DNA of 64,000 nucleotides from Eledone cirrhosa (taxonomy: Eukaryota): positions 387,996,001 through 388,060,000 of the forward strand of contig OZ024740.1 of the NCBI GenBank assembly GCA_964016885.1, given 5' to 3'. Shown piece after piece: positions 1 to 16,007 of this stretch. The translations under genes were made by a program, and so were the position numbers. The notes under the pieces are model-generated. The model was not told the origin of the DNA and ran no database searches. It saw nothing but the letters and a program-made list of their open reading frames with translations. Numbering within the stretch: position 1 is the stretch's first letter; the number at the start of each line of letters is the position of its first letter.

Positions 1-454
1 TGTAAGTTTAGAAGTACGTGTTCCTTCACATTTACGTGAAGAGGGATTATATTGTTTATGTTTTTTTCAAAGTTTCATGGAGAAAAACTTGCCGGTGTGA
101 AATTAAGTTTTAGAGAAAAAAACTGCAGAAAGACGGAAGAAACGGAAAAGAACAGACGAAAGAAGAGAAAAAATAAGTAAAACAGAAAAAAAATATAAAC
201 AGGAAAGAGAAAAATAGAATAATTGTAGACTATTCGCACATCTCATTTATCTGAGATTACAGGGAAAAATTTATTCGTACTTAAGATAATGAAAAATATG
301 AAGTATTAGATTGCTTTTTCTTTTTGTCATTGTAATATATTTCTAACGTGAGAAGATAAGTCACGTATTGTATTTTTTCAAATTAATAACACACTTAGAT
401 ATATTACAAGTAGTTTATACCAATTAAATATTGAAAGGTAAAATAAGAATTATT

Positions 455-1322
455 TTTTATTTTTATAGCATACTAGGACCGAAACACAAAGGACAATGCA
501 AGGACAGTCGATGTCTACATAAAAAAGTGTCAAAAAAAGAAAACAGTTAGCATTCAAAAATTAGATTAATATCAGAATTTCTCAATAAGCGGGGGACATC
601 ACCCAGAAGTAGTTTAGCAACATCCCCATATCAGAAATCACTCTAATCTCCATGAGTAATGTAGGAATGAACTCCCTTTTTCTCTGAACTCTACAGTCGC
701 ATGCTCAATGTACGCCCAGTCACTCGAGCCATCCTCTCAATATTCTACCATTTCTTAACAAATGTAGTGGAGTGGGGAGGGGGAAGCACTTCTCTCAACA
801 TCCTCATCTTCCTTTTCAAGTGGAATCTGAAAAGGTCGATGAGAGCTTTGCCGAAGAGGAATCTGCCTATCTTCAGTCCTTTCAGTCACTCACGTTCATC
901 ACTCGACCTCTTTCGGTACAGCCACAAGACAGAAGAAAACTGTCTACTCACCCATGCCAAAATACCGGCGGGTCAATCATCATAATGGAATCGGCCAACA
1001 TGCGATCATAGCTGTTTCATAAACCTCCGCGTCAGCAATGCATGAAGGCTGGACAAGTGGGTGCAGAAGAGTTTTATTAATCTGCGTTGATTTCCAAGAG
1101 GTACATCTGACAGCACTTCCGTGCAGTTGAGTTTGTCTCGAACCGGCTCGAACAGTCATGCCTGGATATTGACCATAGTTCCCTGTCCGAAATATCTCTG
1201 GAATAAACTGGTTAGTTTGTTCTAGTCGATGCCCGGAGTCTCTCCGAAAATTCCGTCCACTTGCCCACCACTAGTTTTATCTCGATTGGTAGAGGGCTTT
1301 GAGAGCTTGACAACATTCCAGA
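455..1322 (-). mobile_element. Old, degenerate Tx1-clade LINE 3' fragment
   Basis: Similar to the 3' end of the Tx1 copies at 16000-16600 and 22270-22900 (cactcgagccat..., ttccttttcaagtggaatctgaaaag, gatgccgggagtctctccgaaaa); many lesions. Confidence 0.75.
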
Positions 1323-1380
1323 TGCCAAGCGCCTAGTCTCAGTCTTCTCTTGAGACATCACTACGTCTCAATCGTCTTGA

Positions 1381-1524
1381 CCCCAGTGCATTACTAGTAC
1401 TTTATTTTATCGACCCCGTAAGGATGAAACGTAAAGCTAACCTCGGCGGGATTTGAACTCATAACTATATGTCTCAAAGCATAGTGTCCGACGCTCTACC
1501 GATACTGCCAAACCACTTCCCCTA
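1381..1524 (-). mobile_element. tRNA-derived SINE (Meta-like core), partial
   Basis: tttattttatcgaccccgtaaggatgaaa...cctcggcgggatttgaactc; B box GAGTTCAAATCC and A box TGGCAGTATCGG on the minus strand. Confidence 0.85.
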
Positions 1525-2200
1525 AAAATGGTCAATAATGATAAAGTAAGGTATGGCATTAGGTACAATCATGAAGTAACCAAGGTTATGTATGAGCAAT
1601 TAATATAAGTTCGAATGGAAAAAATAGTACGAAATTAGTTATGTTAAAGACATCCAAGTTAATCGAATTTTGGTTCAAAGTTTTAAATTATTTTCGGTAT
1701 TGGTAACTAATTCATTTAATAGGTATGACAATTGGTTGTCAGGCGTAGGAGAAATTTGGCTTGTGGGGGTTAAAATATTACTATAAATGTGTGTTGCAAG
1801 ATTATGACGGGCAAATTAGTTATTTCTGTCATAGTTTTGGTATAACAAGCTTGCTGTATCAAATATGTAGCTACGATTAATGTGTCGTGTACAGTGAAGT
1901 GGAGTATTTGAGGGTTGATCTAAATTTATCGCAATATAATTAGACTGAAAGCCAACATAAATTCAGCAAATTCCTTGTTACACCAAACACATCATTCTTA
2001 TATTTATCTTGTATTTATTGTGTATATGCTTAGAATATATATTGATAACGATTACTAAAATGTGCATTAGTAAAGCAAATACGTTACATCTCATTATCAA
2101 AAGACAAACGATCCTATCTTACGAACTAGAAAAATTCTTGAATAATATATTACAGAGGCAAAAAAGTCACATCGTCAAAAAAAAAAAAAAAATGAAGTTA

Positions 2201-2387
2201 TAATTGTTTCTACTTTTGGCACAGGGCCAGCAATTACCCCAGTGCATTACTGGTGCCTTATTTTATCGTAAGGATGAAAGGCAAAGTTAATCTCGGCGGG
2301 ATTTGAACCCAGAACTTAAAGGGCCATAAATTTATGCTGCAAAGCATGGTGTCTGACGATGTCCCTATACTGCCAAACCTCCGCCCT
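2201..2387 (-). mobile_element. tRNA-derived SINE
   Basis: Same family; A/B boxes, core and tail tgtttctacttttggcac. Confidence 0.9.
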
Positions 2388-2849
2388 AAATGGAGTAATA
2401 ATTCAATGCATTTTTAATTAATATCCACATTGCAATGTATTGACTTATTTACTAAGTGTTTGCACAGAATTTGTTTTTTTATAATGTTTTGCAATGATTA
2501 CGAATAATAACAACTTTAATCTCTTTTTTCTTCACGGAAATATATATTTAATTTGATACTAACATTGCTTTGTTTTTGAATTTCTTCGTCTTTGTAAATG
2601 AAATGTGGCGTATGTGCTAATAAAATAAAAGTTTGAAATGTTTATTGATGTATTTATTCTTAGCTAAAACTCCGAAGATGAATTTATCGACAATATAGCT
2701 CGGATGTAATTACCTTCCAATCAATTTTCCAGGCGATGAAATTATAGTAAATGCATTTAACGCAATGGTTTTACCGGTCAGTGTAATGGAATCAATAGTC
2801 TAATGAAGAGTAAAATTAGAAGTTCTAATGAGAAGGAAGATGAATAACA

Positions 2850-2949
2850 TCCATGAGCTCGGCTGGTCACGCTTGAGGATCTAACCCCATGACCCTCCCA
2901 GGAATAAGTGAGCGAAGAAGAAGAAGAAGAAGAAGAAGAAGAAGAAGAA
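2850..2949 (+). mobile_element. LINE (RTE-like) 3' end with (GAA)n tail
   Basis: GC-richer island ending in (GAA)8; same tail type as the RTE fragment at 38900. Confidence 0.45.
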
Positions 2950-3069
2950 TTTATTGTAGAATTATATAATTAGATGGTTTAAACTTACGAATAAGTGTTA
3001 CCTTATCTCGGATTATAGCGTAGATAAATTTAAAGGTTTCATGCATAAGGCAGAAAATAATTCTTCTAT

Positions 3070-3462
3070 TGTATTTAATGGAGTGTTCGGCAAATAACAT
3101 CGTTTTACTTCTTATATATATGGTTACGAAACATTCGGAATCATGCCCCATTTTAGATTAAAAGTTGAGCTGATAATAGCAAAGTTTCCCTTCTTCTATA
3201 CGGGTATCTAATGTGTGAGAATGTTTTGTGTAATCTTAAAGGGGTGAAACCGATTATTTATATGATATGTTAACAATCGGTTTCACCCCTTTAAGATTAC
3301 ACAAAACATTCTCACACATTAGATACCCGTATAGAAAGAAGAAAGGAAACTTTGCTATTATCAGCTCAACTTTTAATCTAAAATGGGGCATGGTTCCGAA
3401 TGTTTCGTAAGCATATATAAGCAGTAAAACTATGTTATTTGCCGAACACACCATTAAATACA
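3070..3462. repeat. Inverted repeat, ~186-bp arms with a 19-bp spacer
   Basis: 3070-3255 is the reverse complement of 3275-3462 with few mismatches. Confidence 0.95.
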
Positions 3463-5541
3463 GTTGATCAACCTTCTAGAAGTAGCTGCTACATACACTT
3501 GTAATGTCGTCTTAAAACTGAAAAAGAATGATGCGAATGTAGGCCTTGAATACACTATACATTTAAAAATAAAGCCGTATTAATGATGGTTTGAACATAT
3601 GTGAACGTAGTTCTAGTGAATAATGGCTGTTCTGGTTCTAAAATCAATCGATGTTTAAACTACTAGGAAACTAGCAGATCATGGGCATGCTCGCCGACAA
3701 ATTGTGCAATATCATCGGTTCGAACGGGGTGTTTCGAAGGTCGGAGGATTAGCTGTAACTACCTGCCTTAAACTGCAATCATTTTACCATGATAGAGAAA
3801 AAAAACACGTTGAATATTTATTTTAAAATCCGTAAAAGAGATAGGATGCCCCGGCAAAAATTCTTTGATCTTTGTCTTTAAAGAACAACAACATCCTGCT
3901 GTTTTATCAATTTCCTTTCTGTTTAGAATATGCAGACAAAAATGATTAAAAAAAATCAACAGTATAATGTTAATTATTGTAATGTGAATGATAATTGAAG
4001 ATGTAGATATTTTAAATGTCAATTATAATTATCACGAGATAACAGAATGTACGTTACTTACCCTGTTGTTTCAGGAGGAAGGGTAAACCCGAGCGGTTTT
4101 AAAGCATAGAATTTTAGTTTATTACAAACTTTATTTTAGTAATCCAAGTTTATGAAAGGGGACAACGGTTCTTACATTATCACCATTAATAATAGTGTTA
4201 ATCGTTCAATACTATGAATAATATACAATAGTTTTCCCATTTGACAACTCTGATTTGTATTTCAATAAATCAATATTTCTGTTCTTTTATGTTTCCCTAT
4301 ATGTAACGATTGTGAATTTAAACTAAAATTGTTTTCATATGAATCATTGTACGAGAGCAATATCATTTTGAAAAGATAATTGTTGTAATATAATAACCTT
4401 CTGTTACAATCTTCAGGAAATATATGTAGTGTTTCATAATGTAGTAAAGGTAGAGTGTAACAAAGCATTTTAGCCTACTTATCAAAGTTGAATTTCATTG
4501 AATTGAAGTAGCAGAACTATAATCTTTATCTTTGGGAGGTCTATTAAATGAAAGACGCGTACAGGAAATATAAAAGGCTATCAGAACATTATATATATTT
4601 CTGAATTTGTAGATCTACTTAACTTAGGTAAACAATGAATATGAAAAGATAAACATGAATCTCTCAACGTATCTAAATCTAGTTCACTATGATATATTAC
4701 AAAGGCCTCTTTAAAATCACTGTGCTGATAAGTGAAAAACGGTGTATGTATGTGAATCCATATATATGCATATATATGTGCATCTGTTTGTAACAATGAT
4801 AAATAAATCAACGCTACCATCATTCATTATCAGTTTTATATATTCACTTCAGTACACAATTTTACTAAAGGAACATGACAAAATCAAAGTAGTAACATCT
4901 CTTGTAGCTAACAATAATTACATTATCAAACCAATTGTTCATAAATAATTAATGAAACAAATGGTGTATAGATTCCCGTCATAATATCTAATGCAATAAA
5001 TACAGCAAATGTAGCTTCATATCACAATTATGTAAGAAATGATTGATTAAACCTTTTTGGTGAAACGATATTAATATGAGATGAATATTTTATAAATGAC
5101 GTGAACTACTTAATACCCTGATCAAACTCATTCCAGACATATTTAAACGGAAAGAATACCGCATCTGCACTTGCCATATAAGAACGACGTACACCCACAA
5201 CAGACATGCATACACACTCAAACAAACAGACACACATGGATACATAGATACAAACATAGAAACAAAAGTTTATAATTATGTTTCTTGAACGTTGAATGGT
5301 TGGGTGTATTAGTATAACAATAAGAGATGTAATACCTAGTTAATGAGAATTTGTCTGACAATACATATCTTGTTGCGTAAACGAGCTGTCTCCCTCCCTA
5401 CACTCTCTCTCTATATATGGCAGGGTTGTGTATGTGTGTATTTTATTAAAGAGCACAAACCAGTGTTTCATGACGCATGTGTCTTTGCAGTGAATTGAGT
5501 TTTAGAGTGTTTTCACATGAATCTGTGTTAAATATGAATTC

Positions 5542-5648
5542 AGAAAAGCTTCTACAGGACTAGAACTGTTTCATTCGTGAGAAATCATCAGGAGCTTCCC
5601 GATGATTTCTCACGAATGAAACAGTTCTAGTCCTATAGAAGCTTTTCT
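5542..5648. ncRNA. Palindromic pair of type I hammerhead motifs (family A), PLE pseudo-LTR remnant
   Basis: Minus strand: CTGATGA-TTTC TCAC GAAT-GAA ACAG ttctagtc CTGT A|GAAGC; plus arm has CCGATGA and a stem III mismatch; centre AGCT at 5593-5596. Confidence 0.85.
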
Positions 5649-5719
5649 ATATGAAAACATTTATACTCTGCTATGTATTGAGTACCTTACTTACTGTGTT
5701 TACCCGCGATTGAACCAGG

Positions 5720-5761
<42 letters not shown>

Positions 5762-5764
<3 letters not shown>

Positions 5765-5963
5765 GTGAGAAAAACCACAAACCCTCCATCTCAATTCTAC
5801 TTTTGAAAAGCACAAGAACTTCGAAACCGGTAAAGAAACCAAATAAATATATTTAAAAAAAAAAGACTCCAGTTGCATTTTCATTTTCATCTTTTTTCCT
5901 TATACTTTCACTTGTGTAGGACATCTCGGTATTTTTCATTTTATAAAAAATCCTCACTTTCTA

Positions 5964-5965
<2 letters not shown>
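5762..5965 (+). mobile_element. PLE pseudo-LTR remnant (family B) with U3-A8 hammerhead at 5800-5835
   Basis: CTT TTGAAAA GCAC AAGAA CTTC GAA ACCGGT A|AAG; homologous to 36045-36225 and 42250-42433; (TA)n on both sides. Confidence 0.7.
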
Positions 5966-6059
<94 letters not shown>

Positions 6060-6328
6060 TTGTGTGTGTATGTGTGTGTGTGTGTGTAACCTTGTGCTGT
6101 AACGGCGATGAATTAGTTTTGCAATATTTTTGATATGAAATTATTATATATTTCTGGCAATACTACAACAATATGACCCTTCCCAGATATAACAATATAT
6201 ATATATTAAAACAAAATTAGAATTTGGTTTCTCGCTCTTACATAGCCGTATTTGTGAGTTTTATAAGGAATAATAATAGTAATAATAATATTGGATTCGA
6301 TACAAATACATTCATGTAGCACGAAAGA

Positions 6329-6420
6329 TTCTCCTGTGTACTCAGATGACCATCATACAAGAAACAAAGTAATGACTCCTATGTCTGATGATCTGTGAGT
6401 ATACAGGGGAAAATAGTAAA
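6329..6420. repeat. Imperfect inverted repeat with a degenerate hammerhead-like motif
   Basis: ttctcctgtgtactcagatgaccatca ... CTGATGA TCTGT gagtat ACAGG GGAAA ATAGTA. Confidence 0.45.
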
Positions 6421-6511
<91 letters not shown>

Positions 6512-6723
6512 ATAACAATAAATCGTTAAAGGTAATTCGATGAGATTCTGTGAAAACTACTTATCATGAACAGTTTAAGCGTACGGTGCTGTGTGACCCA
6601 ACAAGAGGTTTACGTTGGTGACGATTTTATGACTTCGCTTGTATTCCTATGTAAATATATCTTGGAGTAATAAAAAAGTGAAGAATAACATGGTTGACAG
6701 TACAAACAAGGATATTTATTTAC

Positions 6724-6830
6724 AGTCTTACAATTGTTTCCATGATAGAATTGTCTATAAATTGCTAAATACTGGAGACAGTATAACTCAATTTACAATA
6801 CATCTAAGTTCAATCATTTCATCAGAAACT
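6724..6830 (-). ncRNA. Type I hammerhead ribozyme with ~80-nt stem II
   Basis: AGTTT CTGATGA aATGATtGAA...TTCtATCATg GAA ACAATTGT A|AGACT; lies downstream of the minus-strand GIY-YIG fragment. Confidence 0.8.
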
Positions 6831-7407
6831 ATTAAGAAATATAAAATATATGCGTAACGGTAAACTTAAAAATTCAAATTACTCCATCAATAATAGTATT
6901 AAGGATAAATAAATAAATATATAAAGGAAGGGGGGAGGGGTATATGGAAATGAAAGAGAAAGAAAGAAAATGGCGAAAGAAGGAACGAAGATATAGATAA
7001 CTGTATAACCGGCAAAGTTACGAAATCAAACTATCACATCAAAATAAATATAATATTAATAATAATAAAGATATATATAGAAAGAGAGAAGGGGGGATAT
7101 AGCATAGGAAAAGAGGAAGGATAAGTAAGGAAGATTAGAAGGAAATAGAGGAAGATTAAGAGGGATGAGGAAGCAGAGGGGGATAGAAATTAATCATGAA
7201 TATGGGGATATGAAGCAGAGAGAAAATAAAATAAACATACGGACGAATATACATTACTATGTAAAATAGCTAGTTTGAGATGTATAATATTATAGGATAA
7301 AATGATCGAGATTAAATATGTTTAAGTGGAGAAATACAAAGACAAATGGTGAAAGGTGTATATATATATATAAGATAATAATGATGTAAATACAAATAAA
7401 AATAAAA

Positions 7408-7587
7408 ATAATTGTTTCTACTTTAGGCACAAGGCCAGCAATTACCCAGTGCATTACTGGTACTTTATTTTATCGACCCCGTAAGGATGAAAGGCAAAGT
7501 CAACCTCGGCGGGATTTGAACTCAGATCGTAAAGGGACGTAACTATGCTGGAAAGCATGGTGTCTGACCCTCTACTGATACTGCCAA
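7408..7587 (-). mobile_element. tRNA-derived SINE inserted in a PLE 3' UTR
   Basis: Family sequence, flanked by ataatgatgt(a/t)aatacaaat on both sides (target-site duplication-like). Confidence 0.9.
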
Positions 7588-7722
7588 ATAATGATGTTAA
7601 TACAAATGTTTTTAGGTTATTCTTACGTAATTATGAAGTTTTTGATAATTGGATATCGTAATAGGTGCTAAAAGTATAAAAAGGAATAAGGAGTAGAAAA
7701 TGGAGTTAAGTTGGTCTAAAGT

Positions 7723-8365
7723 TCAGGAACTTCGTTGCTGATTTATGCCGGCAAAAGATAGTTCGCTCAATTCTGCTGTTAAGAAGGGTTTTACTAAAAT
7801 TAAGAATTTGGAAGAGCTCCATATTACAGAGCCTACAATGGGACATACCAGTTGATAGGCCTTAGCAGCTGACAGTATTTTCCAGCTGATCTCGTATTTA
7901 ATGCCTGCATTCTTGAGTTGCCATATTTTATTGGCAAGAGTTGTTGTATTTGATTGATTCTTATTAATCATAGAATGTCTGTGCACGTACCACCGTTTTT
8001 TGAAAACACCAGCTGTGGAACCAATGAAATACCATGCCAAGCTATCTGAGTTGATAGTACACAAGTATACTACGTTTTTCTCAAGGCATCTGTTTAGTAG
8101 AGGGCAATTGTCGGGTAAGTGGCAATTGCATAGAAATGCTTTCCTTTGCGCCGGTTCTACTATATGATTTTGAAGATTGTTATATATGGGCTGCGAATTA
8201 GGTTTGTTGGTGTATTGGTGTATTGTGGTGTTCTTTGGCGTGTATTTGGTTGCGATGATGTAATATGTGTGTGTTCTGTATTTGGTGATATGGAACTTAT
8301 ATGGGGGCTACTTTGATTATGAATTCTTATGTAGTTAATTTTGTGAATGTCCGATTCTATGTTGT
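7723..8365 (-). mobile_element. Penelope-like (Naiad-type) GIY-YIG endonuclease fragment
   Basis: CNCHLPDNCPLLNRCLEKNVVYLC...YFIGSTAGVFKKRWYVHRHS...TTLANKIWQLK; closely related to 62068-62500. Confidence 0.88.
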
Positions 8366-8379
8366 TAGCAGTGGAGTAT

Positions 8380-8500
8380 GAAACGGCTTAAGCTCTCCCG
8401 TCGGGGTCTTGAACATTTCCCTATTACCCACTCTACTACCCTGAGTATTGAGTACTCTGGTGCGTTATGGTCCTCCTGGTTCCTTACCACACTTCCTTCG

Positions 8501-8503
<3 letters not shown>
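8380..8503 (+). mobile_element. Family C pseudo-LTR end carrying the 3' half of a hammerhead
   Basis: GAAACGGC...CCGTC|GGGGTC then ctattacccactctactaccc...cttccttcgtt(TA)n; inverted relative to the adjacent GIY-YIG fragment. Confidence 0.75.
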
Positions 8504-8534
<31 letters not shown>

Positions 8535-8540
8535 GCATTA

Positions 8541-8578
8541 CGAGCTGAGGATCCGCTAAGGTGAAACAATTGTTTTCG
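8541..8578 (+). ncRNA. Minimal hammerhead motif
   Basis: CGAG CTGAGGA TCC GCTAA GGT GAA ACAATTGT T|TTCG; in a ~90-bp island between (TA)n runs. Confidence 0.65.
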
Positions 8579-8618
8579 GTATGGTGAACTAACTGTTGTG
8601 TAACCACTTCTATATACA

Positions 8619-8644
<26 letters not shown>

Positions 8645-8652
<8 letters not shown>

Positions 8653-8833
8653 GTGGCTTCTACAGGACTAGAGCTGTTTCATTCGAAGGAAATCATCAGG
8701 AAAGCCTTTCCTGTGATTACCTTCGAATGAAACAGTTCTAGTCTCGTAGAAGCCACTTCTATATACCCTTCTGTATACCCTGCTATGTACTGAGTACCTT
8801 ACTTACTGTGGTTACCCCCGATTGAACCCGGGA
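8645..8833. ncRNA. Family A palindromic hammerhead pair plus pseudo-LTR tail
   Basis: Palindrome at 8645-8765; minus-strand copy 8655-8706 intact (CTGATGA...GAAACAG ctctagtc CTGTA|GAAGCC); tail shared with 5665-5720. Confidence 0.85.
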
Positions 8834-9864
8834 TACACACACACACATATAAAAACCAAATTCTAATTTTGTTTTTAATTTTCAGCAAACCAGCCATAAA
8901 GTCGCTCGCTATGTAAATAAGTCTAATCAGCCGATGTATGTTTTATAAAATACCATTTCTTTTCATGAGTTCAAGCGAGTGACAGAAAGAGATACACAAT
9001 CTTGACAAAGAGCAATAACCCTCAAACAACGTTGTAGATTGTCTCTCCATGCCACTGCTAGAACAAAAGGATGACGGCAGTCATCTAAAAGAATAACGTA
9101 ATAAGACTGTTTGCTTGCAAATGAATCGAATATTATTATTTTTAGTCCATATATACCGTTATATAGGAGCCAGAAATAAAATTCTAATATTGTTTACACA
9201 CACCCATGCACACACACATATATATATATAATATGAAAATACTACTATAGAAAATATGTATTTTTTTGAAAAACAATATATATTGATTTTAATTTTGTCG
9301 GTCTCAATTTCTCTCAGTTTCAGTTCAGTAACGTTACATCAAATGTTTTGTTTATTTTGTTTTGTTATATTCTATTGCCAGAACATATGTGAAATTTGTC
9401 CAGTGTTTATTATTTCTATTTACCTTATGTTTTGTTACTATGTAGGGGCATTTAGTTACAATCTTTTAGTTTATATTTTATAGTAGAAGTCAATTAATGG
9501 GGTTGATATAATTGAAACCCCCACCCCATTCTCTGGCTTAGTGCATGTATTAGCAACTATTACATTTGAAGTATTAGCAGAATCATTAGATAATCGGTCA
9601 AAACGAAATATATCATTGACTTCTTTCATGTTGACTGATAAAATGATAAATCAGCCCTGGGGGACAGAATGCAGAAGGCGTTTCCCTGGAGGACGGCAAG
9701 GGAGACGCGCTAGAAGAGCCATTCCAACTCGCATGGCTTACACCTGCGGCTGGCCAGCTCAGCGCCTATGGTGGTGCTTATAATTTCAGTGTTTAATGTT
9801 CAAATACGACCAGCAAATTTATATTTTCTGTTACTTCTCCGTAATTGAGATTAACTGTACTTAC

Positions 9865-10079
9865 CGGATGGCTTAGAAAGATGTAGCTGTTCCAGCATAC
9901 ATTCTTGGGCTTCCAAAGGCAACTGAAGCAGCTTATATAGATCACTGGCCGAGATATTTTGGTAAGCAGAATTGTTTATATTTAATCCTTGCCAATCGTC
10001 AACAAATAATGGTTTTTCTTCAATCTTTGAATGATTATCATAATTAAATAAATCAGGCATGGTAAACACAGTGTTTATA
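9865..10079 (-). CDS. Candidate host exon, product unknown (MPDLFNYDNHSKIEEKPLFVDDWQG...LEQLHLSKPS)
   Basis: About 70 open codons of non-repetitive, protein-like composition ending at consensus donor CCG|GTAAGT; weak AAG acceptor after a pyrimidine tract. Confidence 0.35.
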
Positions 10080-10749
10080 CTTTAGAATTTATGTCGGGAA
10101 AAGGAAATCAGTGAGTAAAATTATGAAATAAAATATGCACCGTCTTGACATGGGAAATAGAATTCGAAGGAAAATCAAATTATTTTGAATTTTCGTGTGG
10201 TAGCTTAATTTTACAGCAATATCTGTTTTAGAGATTCCTTGCAATAACGATCTAATCAGTGTATGAATCTACTTGTGGTGTTCCGTGTGATCCAGTATCG
10301 CACTGAAATGAAAATTAAAATACGTTAATACTTCATAGCAGAGAATAACAGTTACGGGGGTAGATGTGCACAAACACACACACACACATATATATACATA
10401 TAGTTACGATTTAGTTAAGATGCACTTAGCTATTTTCTAGTAAGAGGATTAACTCTACCTGGTAAATTCTCAAGATTAGCTACAGGCATGCATTTAGTTA
10501 CACAGATGCCATTTAAAACAAATGTCTCCATATAAATGCAATAGTTTCAGAGAAGCACACACCATCACGTACTTTTTGTATTCCATACTCAAAATATGAA
10601 AGTTAATGCATACAGAAGTTTAGTACCATAACATTTTACTTGAATTACACAAACAAATCTCTGTAAGGAATTTACATTGGTGTCCAAATAGGCAAGGTAG
10701 AAATTAGTATTCAAAATTTAAAACATCATATCTGTTTGCGCATATAAAT

Positions 10750-11248
<499 letters not shown>

Positions 11249-12095
11249 CAGTTGATGATCTGCCGACGTTTTCGTAAACAAAGGTGAAGCATTCTACGAT
11301 TTGTATTCCTTAGGTTTTTTCTCTGTATGGTATCACCCGGAGATTTAGTAAAGTAAGTAAGTGAGACAGTTTTATTCGTACATTTTCATTTTAATATTTG
11401 ATTTCCTTATACGTATTTCAAAGATACAAAGGTAGTTATATAATAACCGCCTAACACATTTTATTCAGTTGGATCTAGATGTGTTTTTCGATCCATTGAT
11501 ATGCTACTGGTTTAATGGGTTGTTAACATCGCTGTCTAGTAATGGAATTAAATAATAAAATGAAGAAATACGAATAAAAACCGTCTCTCTTATATCTATA
11601 TATATATATATAAAGAGCCCATTTCTCTTACGTTGAGCTCATTAATCACAGGGTATTAACGCGAGTAATTAACTTTGTTTTCTCATTTGATTCGGCTCCT
11701 TGCAAATTAACACATTGTTTGTTGAGCATTGAAGTTGAGCGGTTTTAGGCTGCTATTTCTAACAGTTATACGATCTACTCATGCCACTATTTGCTGTCTA
11801 TGGCGCCTCTTTCCATATCACGTGCGATATCTACCTGATTGTTATCTAACAGTGCTGTTCCTATGATTCTCTTCTCTTGTTGACAATCCTGGGAATATAT
11901 GACACAGTCACTTTCGGCGAAACAAACCATTTATAGTATTTCCAAGAGACTCATGGTTATTGAAATGGTCCGTTCATTTTGATTCACTCTTTCCGAATAT
12001 TATGTGTTTTCCATTTTTCCATAGATTATATGCTTTGCACTATAATGGTTTTCAACCCTCGTAATTCAAAACATACTTTTTTGTGTGTTCATTTC

Positions 12096-14522
<2,427 letters not shown>

Positions 14523-14565
14523 GAGAAAGAACACAAGAGCGTCTACAACATTCAAAGATTTTATT

Positions 14566-14613
14566 GGCTTACAATGTTTCTTCCTTGCGTAACCGTAGGA
14601 TTCATCAGAGCTA
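14566..14613 (-). ncRNA. Minimal type I hammerhead
   Basis: GCT CTGATGA ATCCTACG GTTA CGCAAGGAA GAAAC ATT GTA|AGC, followed by AATAAA and then (TA)n. Confidence 0.8.
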
Positions 14614-14956
14614 TAAAAGGGGTTTGATTGGTGTTATGGACTCTACCAACCAAACATTCAAGAACAAAGAGTAAAGAGAGTAAAGAGCAAAAGTAGGGGA
14701 CGATAAGTCTAATTTTGGTGCGGGAGGGTGGGGTGTGGGTCCTTGTTTACTAGCTGCGGTCATATTCATTCCCGGGAGTCGGGTGGTTAGCTGAACCATA
14801 GATGGGGTGGCGTCGATAGTATGGTGCAGAGGGTGCGCAGAGGCTACACACACACAAAGGGCATACAATATATATATATATATATATATATATAGCGGAG
14901 GAGAAAGTACATGAGGTAATTAGAAATGGAAAAAGAGTAATAATAATAATCTATAT

Positions 14957-15005
<49 letters not shown>

Positions 15006-15663
15006 AAAGTTTTATTTAAAATTGTTGGGTTACAACGAATAAATATTTTATAACTGATATATATATATATATATATATGTATATGTGTATATATATATAT
15101 ATATGTATGTATATGTATATATATATATATGTATATATATATATACATATATATATATATAGTAAGGCAAACACAGTTTAACAAATAAAAAAATAATTAA
15201 TGTTATTAGGTTTACGCTTACATGAAAGAGAGAAAAAAAGGTGTTCAACTTAAGCCCTTAGTTAGTACAGGTGGAAAAATAGAAGAAAAAAACAATTTAG
15301 AAAAATAATATATATTAATTAGAAAAGGGGTCATGTGAGTGTGTGTGTTGTTATTGTGTGGAGGTAGCAGCTGAAAACCTTTGTTTGCGCCCGGTGAATG
15401 AATACTCGGTGAGAGTTGAGAAAAGGAACAAGAGAAAGATATATAAAAGAGGAGAGAAGGTCGTGGAAGATTGGTGTGGTGAACAATTAAAAAAAATGTT
15501 TTCGCAATCCGAAGTCGAAGTAATTCACTGCTGATCCGTGGCAGGTCAAGATGTTTGAAGGTCGCAGTCCAAAGTGCCAGGTAGAAATCCAGGTCATTAT
15601 TACGAAAAGTGACACGTAAGCGTGGGTAAAATATTAAAAAAAAGGTAAACGTAAAAACAAATA

Positions 15664-15707
<44 letters not shown>

Positions 15708-15716
15708 TCGTGAATC

Positions 15717-15756
<40 letters not shown>

Positions 15757-16007
15757 TATAATGTTTTCTTTATTAACCACAAGGGTTTACATAAAGTAGA
15801 CGTTAAGGACAGTACAGGACAATACAGGACGGTACAAATGGGCATTTCTGCGTGTAAAAAAAACGGAGGTTGAAATAAAATAACAAAGAAAAAATTCCCC
15901 AATAGGGGAGAGACTTCCGAGGGACATTTGTGGAGAAAGCCCAGTAAAAAGCCACAATGACCCTGACCACCAAGGCAAGTGCCCTCTCCCAGTTTTCCAC
16001 CTTTAAT

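Noticed and set aside
8960-9085. Phase-compatible next exon for the 9865 exon
   Set aside because: Its acceptor lies in sequence resembling the dispersed repeat at 6205-6355, and it ends in a stop after ~40 codons
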